From Phoronis australis (Eukaryota; Animalia; Phoronida), in the NCBI GenBank assembly GCA_002633005.1, contig NMRA01000095.1, forward strand, positions 786,412 through 850,411: a DNA stretch of 64,000 bases, written 5' to 3'. A model generated the notes under the pieces. It had not been told where the DNA came from. It saw only the letters and a list, made by a program, of their open reading frames with translations, and searched no databases. The position numbers were made by a program, and so were the translations under genes. Below, piece by piece: positions 38,074 to 50,800 of the stretch; position 1 is the stretch's first letter; every line of letters starts with the position of its first letter.

Positions 38074-39465
38074 CGCGTCGTGGGAAACCAGCCGAGGCCA
38101 CCATTGCCCGCAGAGTCTGAAAGGAACTCCTGTTAATATCGTATTAGGTAGCGCTTTGACATTTATTAGGTGAAAGTGCAGCTTTTAATAAGCGCCACCT
38201 GGTGAGTGCCTTGTGAACTTCAGTTGCAAGTCAGGAAATGAAACTGCTTTTCAAAAGAACATGATGCAAATGTCATGCGTGAACAAAATGTAACAGTTTA
38301 AGTGTGAACTTGTTCACGGAACTGAGAATCAACAAAATTCCGAAGTTGGTGCTCATTCTCGTTTTCTGGTACATATGAAACTGATGTCTGTTCCACTAAA
38401 ACCTCCAAACCCAAGATGTAGCACAGTCTTAACACCTTTGGTGAAGCAGTCACTAGTTTTTCAGAAGATGGGAAGACCTCGGTTCGTTTGTAAACAAAAA
38501 ATAATTTATTTAAATGTTAATTGATTTGATGAGATAGAGCTGTGGTGATCTTGTTGACATGCAGAGACCAATTCTATTTTGGAAATAGACAGGCATAAAG
38601 CTCATTTGTGATATAAGATGCGTTTATCTCATTGTTTGATTTAGCAAAGGTGCTAGATTTATGCAAATTTAGTTGGAACCATTTTCGTTGACCACAATGC
38701 GTTGTTCACCTTTGGTTCAATCTAAAACTGCTTTTAGTTCAGATGGTCAGCCACTTTCACTGCTTAGTAATCTCTTGGGTTATATGGTGGGTAAATAACA
38801 GTGGCCCAACTCATAAGTGGTTAGACCTTTGTTAGTCATATAGCTGCCAGTGGCAATCAGATGTTGAGGTCAGACCCAAAGACACTAGGATCAAACCTCA
38901 GAATCTTGGAAAAGCTGCGTTGTGGTTTGAAATAAAATACTGCCACAGACTTGCTGTGATTGGTTGTTGTCCTGAATATTTATGGGTCTGGCCTCTTGAT
39001 CTTTCATGCACCCTGTGTTCGTCAGATGAGCTTGACTTTGTGCAAGTGCTAGCTGGTTTGTTGTTCAGAACGTTTTAAAAGTGATCAGTGAGACAAATTA
39101 TCTTGATCTGTTACGAATATTTATGAGAACTTTTGTTATGATAAGTTTTGTTACCTCTGAGCTGTTATTGTCCAGTATCACCAGCTCATATTAAAGTCCA
39201 GTTCATAGTAGCACTGATGCCCAAGTCTTCCACTGAGGTCTAGTCAAGGGCAATAGTCTAGTATACAAATATGGGGATGCGTATTGCGGTCACCTTCACT
39301 GGTTCATTGTCTGCATGTCCTAACCCTTTGATGGATGAAATTTTGCTGAGAGGTTGCTATCGTTGATGGCATGCACCCTCTGATTTTTAGATAGATTCAA
39401 CTACCTCTGCCTCCTAGAAGTTTGTTTCTTTTTGTCTTTTTGTATCTACCATGTTCCATGGCAGG

Positions 39466-40532
39466 TTTTTATGCGCCCACATATTTGTATGTGGTCGCAT
39501 ATTGCCGTCATCTCTGTCTGGGCGGCCGGTGTCCCCAGCTGTATCTCCTAAACCCCTCACAGGAACTTGATGAGATTTGGCAGATGTGTTCCTATGAAGC
39601 TGACGACGGACGACGACGAATTTTGGACCTCTCCAACTACTGGTGTGCCCCCTAGTGGAAATTTTATGTTTTTACCTCTGTAGATTTGGATGTCCTCAAC
39701 GGATTTTCATAAAATTTGACAGTTAGACATCTATTAGTGAGATGATGCCATCCTCTGAAGAATTCGGGGTACTTTGCGCCACCTAGTGGCCGTTTTTACT
39801 GTTTTCAAGTCTGTTTTTTGGCGTCCGCCGTTCTATCAACCAAACCGTTCTAGGGATGATTGTGAAAATTGGCATGTATGTTATTATTATGAAGAGGACG
39901 GTTGACGATGATTTTCTGATGACTTTGACTACTGTGGCACCTCCTAGTGGCAGTTTTGTTTGTTTTTGCGCCCATGGCTGTATCTCCTAAATGCTCTACA
40001 GGATCTTCATTGAATTTTGCTGGTGTATTTATGTGAAAGTGACAACAGAAGGACATCTTTCGGACGGATCGGGCTACCGGTGTGTCCCCTAGTGGCAATT
40101 TTAGTTTTTTATGTTTACCTCATTTTGCACCACCTTGTGGCCATTTTTTACTGTTTTCGAGTCTTGTTATTTGGCGTTTGCCCCTCTGTCAACCAAACCA
40201 CTCTAAGGATGGTTGTGAAAATTGGCATTTATGTTCCTAATGGGAAGAGGAAGTCTGAAGATTTTCCTACTACTTTATCTACTTTGGGCCTCTTAGTGGC
40301 AGTTATGTTTTGCGCTTATAGCCTCTTAGTGGCAATTTCATTTTTTCATTTTTCTCTATTTTCTCAGAAGTTCCGTGATGGATTTTTATGAAATTTGGTA
40401 AATAGCTTTGATGACACATACAAGTTCATGGATGGATTCGACATATTTTGCGCTATCTAGTTGCCATTTTTATGTTCCAAATAAACACCCCTAGAAGCAC
40501 ACTGTGGGCGCATTTCAACTAGTTGCTCTTGT
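39466..40532 (+). mobile_element. HINE / DINE-1-like element, copy 2, downstream of the TOMM40 stop
   Basis: Same architecture: tttttatgcgcccacatatt..tgtggtcgcat, homologous internal units, 3' tgtgggcgcatttcaactagttgctcttgt. Confidence 0.85.
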
Positions 40533-41550
40533 CATGAAATTTAGCTCTTGGGTTTTCAAGATTTTCAGTCACATTCTTTGTATTTAGTGCTCTTAGTGAC
40601 CAATCTCTAGTGGAAACTGCACTCGAAAAATGAACAGTTGGATGTCCCGATTCGACTGAGCCTGTAAAGTTGGCGGTACACCATTCACGTGATTGATCAT
40701 TTTGACTCTGACAGACATAGTTCATAAGTTAGTTCCAAGGATGTGGCTTATTACAAAATAGGTCCCTGTTCCTTTGCAGGCAGAATGCCGTAGACTTTGT
40801 GGTCTGTAGTGTAATTTGTGGGAGGTGGACACAATGTTGAATCTACCAATGTATTTAGACGATGGTTCATTTCTGAATTATGTCTCTTAGTGTGATGTGG
40901 CTGTGGTTACCCAAAATCTGTATAAATTAACCATCTTTTTTGTCAAACAACTGACATGGATTTGACCACTTGCAGTTATGAAAATGGTATCTAAATGTTC
41001 CTTACTAAAATTAGCGACGATTAATGACATACAGTTTGGTCATTGCTTAAGACAAGGCTGTGGTGCCAGCCTTTTTCGGGGTAAGGAGGAAATTGAGACC
41101 AGTTTTGTACTGGCAAATGGTTAAAATTTCGTTTCTTTGTGGTTTAAGTATGCAACAGTGGAAAGATTTAGCCAAAAGTGGCGTTGTTTAGGTGGTAGAG
41201 CCATTTTTCAGGAAATTTTGTTGGCATACTTCTCTGAGGGGATAAGAAGGTCAGTTGTGCTCATTGGAAATTTGTGACAGGTGTAACCGCAACTGATAAC
41301 TGTTTCCTGCCTGCAATATACTACAATTAGTCCAAGCAGCATTAGTAATTTGTGCACCATTTGCAGTTCTTTTTTGCCTTGTGTGTGTGTGGATCGATCA
41401 CATTGATTCTCGTGTGCCCAGCTGGGTTCTTTGTAGACTTGACCAGTGTGGGCGTTGTATGAAAGTGTAACATAGTTAGCAGGGGTTTTATATCAATTTA
41501 CCTTGATCAGGATTGGTGTAATTATGACAATGTGTCCGATGCTTGTTATG

Positions 41551-41778
41551 AATAAATGTAACAAATATCTTTATACCATTTTGTGGTTGGAGTCTTATTT
41601 TTAGTAAACACCTGTATTGAGACTCCCAATTTTTCTTTTTCGACTGTGATATAGGACCAGTCGGGGTGTGTAGATAGGTGTTCCGAGGACGAAAAAAGGG
41701 TGCTGTAGACTGGGGCCCCTGAAAGGTGTAAACAAAACCATGTTTGAACTCTTAGGACTGATTAAACAGTGCTTTATT
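41551..41778. terminator. Convergent poly(A) signals of TOMM40 (+) and the nAChR-like gene A (-)
   Basis: AATAAA on + at 41551-41556 followed by a GU-rich tract; AATAAA on - at 41773-41778, about 100 nt after the gene A stop. Confidence 0.45.
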
Positions 41779-41880
41779 TACATGCAGATTCAGTCTGGTT
41801 ATCTCTTTGTTAAAGTGCCCCTTGTCGTGAAATTGGGTTCTCATGTTGATCTTTGCTGGAGTACTGTGCGCGTGCATTAC

Positions 41881-44800
41881 TCATAGAAGGATAGCCATAA
41901 CGGACGCACTTGAAATCAAAACAAACATTGTTAAGCACGTTCTGTCTACAAAGATGGCTACCATGGTCCATTCCAAATTGATCTTTCTGGCCATTTCTTT
42001 CTCATTTTCACTTCTCTGTAGCTCGTCCTGAATGCAACTTGCGCTATGGTGGATTTTGTTCAGCCACTGTATGACAGGGTCAGATATCAGTTCAGGTTTG
42101 ACCACCAGTTCAGTCGGCGTCTTGGTGTTCTGACCTTCTTCATGTTTGGTTTCACACTGGGTTTCATGTACGGGGTTTCCCTGTGTCAAAATGACAGTTT
42201 CAAACGATAGCTTCAAAGGTGTAGCAGGAATGAATTTTTGAGTATGCCAAATGTGGCTAGTGTGCGGAATAAGAGGAGAATTGCCGTACAAATACGCACG
42301 TTTGAACCTTAAAACCTTTCATGGTTTTACAGGAAATATACACCAAACTTCAAACGTTCTGGTCGTAAATTCTTCCGCACAACATTGTTTTGCGCCAACA
42401 TCCCCTACGAATTTCAGTATTTCAGTGTCAACTTCCAACCGGACGAACCTAAATGTGCGCCTTGGCTTATAATTCGATTTGAATTTTGGTCTCAAATATT
42501 TCGTCAGATGAATACACGAATTTCGCTTGTTTCCAGTGTGTAAACGGAGTATGATAAAGAAATAACCAAGTCGTCGAAGTGTAAACCGTAATGAACATGG
42601 CGAAGTTACCCAACCAATGGCGGAATCTCGTGAGAACGGTCGTAAATTGACCGGGAAAATTTGCGGCCTGCAGACCTGAAACTTCAGTCGCAGTGCCACA
42701 TGAAAGTCATCGAACTGTGTTCATGTCTTACTCAACACCTACCTGCCGTGAAAGGGACAGTTTTCGCATATGGCTTTGTAGTATTAAACGCCCTATTCGG
42801 CCGAAGGTAATTCTTTTCAACCACTTGGGCACTTCAGATCCACCCCGTCGCGTTTCGAAACTGTACACAACGATGACGTTCATTATCGTCGACAGCGCCT
42901 GGAGTATCATAGTTAGTCCGAAGTACTGGGCTGGAAAAATTGAGGAACTTCAACATTTCAGTTCCAGAAGCTTAAATCTAGATTACTGCACCGTATCTGT
43001 TTGACTAACAATTGCTACCAAAACACCGTCATCACAGTGCTGCAATGACATTTTCATACGCCAATGACCGTTACACCGGAGCACGGTTCTAAAATTGTTA
43101 TCTCTGCATAATGTCATGTCTTACGAAAAATATAATGTGCAACAAACCCAGAAAACGCTCGAAAACAACATATGATCTGTCTACACTTTTCGTCCGCCTC
43201 AATACCCGCCGACAGATCTGCCCGTACACCGTGAGAAGGCTACATTTCAATTGCGTGATACATGTATTTGTGTTCAGAATATAATCGCTCATGTTGCACT
43301 CTCTCTGGCGTCGGTTTTAGTTTTGCATTGGTCTAGTCACTCTAACCTATAACATTACACTGGCGATGTTTCGGTCGGCCATTTTTCCGTACTAGTTCAA
43401 CCCCAACTTGCCCCATCATTGATCACCACGTGTGTACCATGCACTCGTGGTCGTTCTTCTTAGAACGCTGTAACACCTGAAGATGCCCGCAGAATGACCC
43501 ACCGAAAGGTGGTGCTAATAGAATTTGGAAATGATTCTAATATTCTGAGTAACCACTGGCGATCACTAAGGCGAACAGGTCCTCGTCGTTGAGAGCGAAA
43601 TGAAGCATTGAAAGCTTGTCCACACACTGGTTTGAGGCATATATAAAACGTGGGCTGATCAAGCGTGCTTTTATGATACTCCAGTCTTTTCAGAAGGTCA
43701 ACTATCCTTAATTGAGAACGTTAGAAACCACTAGAGATATTTACGTGACATTTCCGAGAAGACACTTTGACGACAAAAGCTGTCCGAAATAAAAAAAAAA
43801 TGCTACAGTCTGCAAAATCTTGGATTCTACCTAATTTTATGACAGGCATGCCGTATTTTTGCATCCTGTGGGCTACTGTGACGTTTGTGAATGTGATTTC
43901 AACAAAGTTCTGCTCACAGAGAAACGGCAGCGTGTCCGAGGTTGGTGGCAGGAAGTCTGACACAACGATGAGAAACACAGTTTCCGCCAAGAACAGCGTG
44001 ATGCCCAGGGTAATTTTCTCGCCTGACTCGCAAGGCACGTAGAATCCGACGCACGTGAGCACGAGCATGAGGGAAACGGGCATCCCCAGGTTGAAGAGGT
44101 AGAAGAGAGAGTGTCTCTTTATGCGAATAACGATTATACCGTGGCTGTAGTGAGCGGAGAATTGTGGACGGAAAGACAACTTGTCGAGGGCGGAACAACC
44201 TGTAGATAAGTCACAAGAGAGCATGTACCAGGTTTGTCGCTACGGATATTCGCGGGAAAAGGGGAGGCAGAACGCTATAGGCTTGCTGTGGTAGTAGTGC
44301 GGGGCTTTATATTGAGCTCATGTGGGTTTTGAGTAGATTACGTAGTTGGACCTTGACTAAAATCGTGTCAGTCTATAATTTCTTGTGAAATGTATATCTC
44401 TTTTTTTCTTACAAGAAATAGGCAACATTAAAATCCACATCAACAAAGCCACGAACATTGGCGAAAAGTTTAAACATCAGCAGCCGAATTCATAAAGGTG
44501 GTTTACTAAACAAAACCAGGTTTAAGTCTTCCTAAACAACTTCCATTTCACCAACGTGGTTTAAAAATCTGAAAGCCTGGCTGGTTTTGTTAGACCAGGG
44601 AGCCGGTTTAGTAAAACCAGGTTTAAATTGTCTAGGTCATCCTGCTGTGTCGATATGGATTAACACAACAAAGAAACTATTGAAGTGCTTCAATGAAACC
44701 TAGATCACGTAGGTATACAATGGCACACACCAGTAGAATCAGTGCAGACATTTGCGAAAAAAGTGTAAAAGCTTTTCTCATGAGGAAAAATGTAACGTCT

Positions 44801-47800
44801 GTGCCCAACACACGTATACACACATTAAAGTACATGCTCACGATTAGCCGCAACACCATGAATGTTCAAATTTATTTCCTTGCCATTTTAGTGTTTATTT
44901 TTCGCAGCCAAGACCCCTTCCCGGCAACATTAAATCGGAGCCCAATGGAGGTGGAACTCGGAAGATTTCAGAAAATGCTGTTTTCAGTCAAACCCGTAGC
45001 GCTTACGACGATGACGCACTACTCGACCAGTCGTATTCTGAGGAATCCGCAGGACACCGTCCAGCACGAACTGGTCTACACATGGGCGGATCCAAGGGGG
45101 TCAAGGGGTCCGGACTCCCTTTTTCCTTGATTTTAGTGATATCAAATCTATAATTTTCAAATTTTTGACTTGGTCCCCCCTTTTAAAAAGTCATTGACCG
45201 ACCACCTCCTCCCCTTAAAAATCGTGGATCCGCCCCTGCTACGCTGATCTTGTGTCGTCGTAAAACTGAATATTGAAAATAGTCCATTTGCGCTCTAAAA
45301 GTGCGTCGTAAATGCACACCGCGGCATCATTCAGTTGCACCTGTATCATGCCTGTCACATTTAACAATTAAACCTAGGTCTGACCTAGTCTAAAGTTAAA
45401 CCTGGTTTAAGATCTTAATACAGGTCTAAAGAATATAGTAAGACCTCGTTGGTGAAATGAAAACTGACTTAGACCAGGTCTAAACTGGAGTTAAACCAGG
45501 TTTTACTAGACCACTGGTCTAAAAAATAAGCCACCTTTATAAGCTACCTTTATGAAATGCAGATTATCTTTAAACCTGGTCTAAGTCCAGTTTAAACCAG
45601 GTTTAACTTGAAACCACCTTTATGAAATCGGCTGCACGGGTCCGTTTATCAAAGGTCATAGGTCAGGTCGTAGCTGAGACGGTACTTGGGCTTTGCATTT
45701 TTGGATGTACGTTACTCACGACATTGCAAACGCGAAGCTTCGTTGCAAGTGACGTTGTGCCGCGTGACAATATATAATACCGAGTTCAGGCCTGAGGTCG
45801 GAGTGTGCTAACTTAGAAGTGACTTACAGTTGTCTTTGCTATGACCCGACTTAACGCCGGGCCTTTGAGCAAACGGGCCCGCATAGTGCCTTTGAAACAA
45901 TGAACTCAACAATACGCAAAATCTCCAACGTGACATGGCATTGAAGACGTTTCAATACATTTTAGCATTTCCCTTTTTCTTCTTTAAAAAAACCTATAGT
46001 AGTTCTACATGATTGGCTTGACCATCTCTGTCTTTCGAGGCCTTCCAGCTTTTTTTTTTGGGGGGGGGGTTCTTATACCAGAAAGGTTTGGTCTCTGGAG
46101 ACATGGGGTGAGTACTTTGCCCACATACGTATCGTCTTGAGTGTGTGCGTGTGTGCAAATACGAAACCACACTAAGACGTCTAAGCACTCTACTACAATC
46201 TAAAGGCGTAAGAATCGCTTTGTAACATATGCTCCATGCGCGCACCCAGCCTTTAATATGGGGGGGGGGTCTCGAATTTCTGACGATGTGGACCTTTTGC
46301 TGACAAAAAAGCGGGAGGACTAAAAAAATCTGTACCACCTTCGGAACTGCGACTGGAACTGCGCCTTTTTAGTGAGCTTTTGCCTCATTTTCTCGGACTT
46401 TTTGTTTCTCTTAGGCGGACCTTTTTGCCCACTTCGCTAAATGGAAGGGGGGGGGGCTCGTTCGAGCCCCCGACCTCCTCCCGGGTGCGCGCATGGCAGT
46501 GCTCAAGTGTGTTGAGAAGAATTGCTGAAGGCGAACCAGGGGAAGGAGCGGAGGCAAAATTGCGCCAAAGAAAAGGTTATTACGCCCACTGAACCTACCA
46601 ACGACAGTCCACTCGCCGCCGCTGTCTTGGGACTGCAACGGGGTTCTTCTCAAGCGGGATTTGAGGGACAGATGCGACGACATATAGACCCATGAGCCGA
46701 ACACGATATTACAGTGTTGCTCGTCAAACGGAAAATCGGCAACATTAAGTCTGCAGGTTGAGGCAACACGAAGTGGAAGCAGCCAAGAAACATTGCCTCC
46801 GGACGTGACTATAACCGATGTATTCGACTTCACCAACGAACCTTTGTCAACCCTTCATTACGGAGAGAAAAGAGGCGTTATACGAATCTCTATATTGCCG
46901 TGGCGATGGGAAATGTTTGGAAGTGAAGGATCCGGTAGACAAGTTATACAGTAGAACAGCGGGATTTCTATTTCTCTATCTCTGACCCTTAGATAAAAAA
47001 TACCGTCAGTAGAAAAAATGGCCACTTTCGTATCTCTAGCTCAGAAAGAGGTAATGGCCACTTTATGATCGACGTACGCGTACCACAATTATCACTCTCG
47101 GGGCTAACGCCCCTCGGGCGATAATTCACCAAAATCCACTCGGGCTCTAGATAACGGGGGATAACGACTTCGCCATGTAATAATCTATATGTATATAAAT
47201 GATACGTGCGTCGCGAGCTTGTTACCAGAGGTGAAAAGAAGACCAAGGTTGGCGATCTAAGGTCATTTATTATGGCTAATAAATTACAAGTAAGGATAGT
47301 TTTTCATAGGACGGAAAATAGTGTGGATTTCCATCTCCTAACCTGAAAACAGTCATACCGGTATCACAAAGAAAAAAGATGAAAATTAACTATCCTTAAC
47401 ACGGTGATTGCAAAAGCAGATAAACAACTGCAATCAAAGAATAAAGATTATTTGCTGACTTAACCAAAAACGGAAAAAGTCGAGTAGATTGATTTTCTTT
47501 ATAAAGTGACAGCTTGGTTTAAATGTAGAGTTTAATGGAAGTGAATAATAATGGCATTCACAGATTTTGTGGGATAGTTATCTCAAAGGATTGGCAAGGG
47601 GCTTACATGACAAACATCAGCAAGGAATATTATTAATGAGACCGAGTTTATGAAAGCAAATGGTTTAACTCGATTTTCGTTGTGTGGTCAGCTAGGCAGG
47701 GCAAAATGCAAACGAATTAAGCCCGCACTATGAGTGGGGTACCAGGCAAAGCTACGGACATTCTCAAGAAACTTAATGTTGGTTTATAGTCTAATGTCTG

Positions 47801-50800
47801 TGATAACGTTGATCTCATCTTGATTGATCTTTACTATGGTGAAGGTCGATAACAGTTTTTTCATATAAAGCTGGCCCTTCCTCAAGCTGAGATTGTACTC
47901 GGCGAATGAAATGTCACACCGTGACTCAAGTCAGCTGGAGCGTTTCATCTCAAAGATACAACGAACTGTCAAGTCTTTCTAAGCTCTGAAATCACACCCG
48001 TTTTGTCACAGGGGATAATTTGAAATGAGGGTAAGTAGCGGCCTTAACTGGAAATATTTTTGTGACAGGTGAATTTTTGATTATAGCTTTAATTAAGTCA
48101 CATACCTGTTTAGGACGGCGATGTCAGGAAGCCATATTTTAGTTGTTGAAAAGGCAGTTGACGTCAAGTTAAACTCCGATTTGTTCCACGTTAGGAATTG
48201 GTCGGACCACGACTTTCCAGGAAAACGAAATGGAAAAACAAACACAGTCATCCTTGAACTGCATTGTGTACAAGATTGCGAGCACTAACACACTAACACA
48301 GCTAATTGTTTCCTTAGATTTCAACCTTCAAAAATTCTTAGAGTTACCTCAAAGCCCACGAAGCGCCCAGTTTTTTGTTGACTTGGTGGTGCATGCTTTC
48401 CGCTGACGCTAGAACCTCGCCAAACGCAAAATCACGCGAGACTCCGCGACATGAGACATCAGCACGTATTTGAAACAAAGCACGTGATCACACTAGCTTC
48501 TCTCACTGAGATTCACTAAGCATCTACGGAACTCATCACAGCCTCCCGTTCAGTAACGCTAGGACCTCGCTAAAACGCAAGACTTCGCGAGATTACGAGA
48601 GATATTCAACCGTGCATTTTAAATAAGAACACGTGACTTTGACTAGGTTTTAGCTAGGTCCTAGCGTAGGTCCTAGCGTCTACTGAACGCACGCCTGGTT
48701 GTACTGTAGCCTCCAACTAGTGATTGCATAACGCTTGGGTTGCACGGCACCGCTCCATCGGTTATTCATGGCACTGATATCTGCAGCTAGTTCTACCAGT
48801 CATAAAACTCCAGCCCCGCGGCAGCTGAGGTTGCACCGCGCATGCGTGAGAATTGTTTACATTCGTTTGTTCCGGTATGTATACTTGCTGTGAAATTTAC
48901 TGTCATCGAAACTTCTTGCAACTCCGCCGTTTTTCAACCGCACTGCATAAGAGTTATGTCATTAGAAAGCCGTCGTCAGTTGTTGATGATTCTACCAGAA
49001 GCAAAAGATGAATAATTTACTTCATAAGGAATTATCATTTTTTTGAAAATATTTTTTCAATTCTAAAAACCAAGAATGTTACCAAAATGCGAAAATAACA
49101 GCATGTAATGGTAACATGAAAAAGAACTAAACCAGAGAGGTTATATAATTATGACTAATTAAGCCATTAGAGAAATAATTTCAATAATTCAAAAGATTTC
49201 TACCCTATAAAGACAATGGTTTTAGAATATGGAGCGCTCACACATGCTTCATCCAAAACTATAATCTTCACAGATCATTTATCATTGGACCTTCGGTGCC
49301 GTTTGATAAAATTACATTCTTCAGTAAAAATTCAGAATGCAGTGACATTTGCGAAAAATGTGATAAACCACTTCAAGTATCTATCCGAAATTTGAAAATA
49401 AAGGTTTTCTGATAGATAAAAATTGAGCAAACATCCATTAAGTAGCTTTGAAATATAGTGTGAATAGATCACCACATTGGTTGCAGTGGAGGACATTCCA
49501 TTTAAGTTTAGTAATGAACTCCTTTCTTCAGAAAGTAAAATCCTATTGATCCTGATACAAGTAGTAGTGGGGTGTCCCAATGTCCGGATTGCTATCGAAA
49601 ATACAGAGTTCTTGGTAAATTTGGGAACTGGCCAATTTCAAGGGGAATAACACAGGCGCTAGAATTGTGGTTTACTGGAAATCGCAAATAATACCAAAGT
49701 GGTCATAACGCTCAGATATGCAACATTTCGGCCAAAAGTGTAGCATCGTGTCTGTAAATACTTATTTAGACCCGTTACATGTTAAAACATGTCGTTGGAT
49801 CACAACTCATGGAGTGTCTATGTATTTCGCGTTCACCTATAGAAATAATTCATGTTTTGAGCTATTGTGAATAAACACACACAGTCGTGCAGGGCGGAGC
49901 ACATGGGGGTATTTATGGCCTCATGAACCGCCTCTAGTCAACTTTATCTTAGTTTGAAGATGGAGATTTTTGTCCCACAAAAGCACGCTAATTCCCATTT
50001 TAATAAAACTCGATTTCAAAAAAGGTATAGGGCCGTTGCAGTTTTGATCATAGAGTGGACAGTGAAAGACTTCGGAAAAATAAAAAAATACTCACTACTT
50101 TAAGCCACAAGGAAGTGGTTATGACTTGTTGTTTTTGATCCTGAAAAGACAAAAGGCGCACATTTATCTAAAAAAAAACAAAAAAAAACAAAAAAAAAAC
50201 AGCTTGGTATTCTTTGCCAATTGACTTCCAAACTTCCTGATATTGCGAACTCGTTTCACCTGAAGTCGATATGTACATTGTCACGTGGTCTAGCATGAAA
50301 AACATCTTTCTTCACAGGCGCAGTTTGGGTTACAAAGCAGCGTTAATTGTCGTTCTTATAGTTTGAGTGGAAATTACAACAATTTGCCATGGCAACTGAA
50401 AGTACAACAAGCATCTTTTGCTCTGAGGCAATAATGTCCGTTATTCTCAAAATGAGCCTAGAAATCAAATTGAATTTGGACAAGGAACAATAAGAGACAA
50501 ATTTTGTAACAATTAGTGGTCCGGCGTCTAAATCAGAAAATGATTTTTACAGAAGGTACGGGTTTATTGCAAAGCCACTTGAAGGCACAAGCTCATCATG
50601 GCCAACAATTACAATCGTAAATTGAAGAGCAGTTCACGCATTCTGAGTATCTCGTTTGAGAAAATTCGTGTTGCTATAGCACCGCGCGTTGCTAACATCA
50701 CTCACAAGGCTGAAGTTTCACTCGCCCTGAACTGTAAAAATTCTGGGACCCTAGTAATTGGAGATGACTTGCTAGTTGCAAAAAAATCAAATTTGGGGCC

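Noticed and set aside
43960-44030. Anion-selective nAChR
   Set aside because: Both subunits have GEK at -2' to 0', with no PAR motif or proline insertion.
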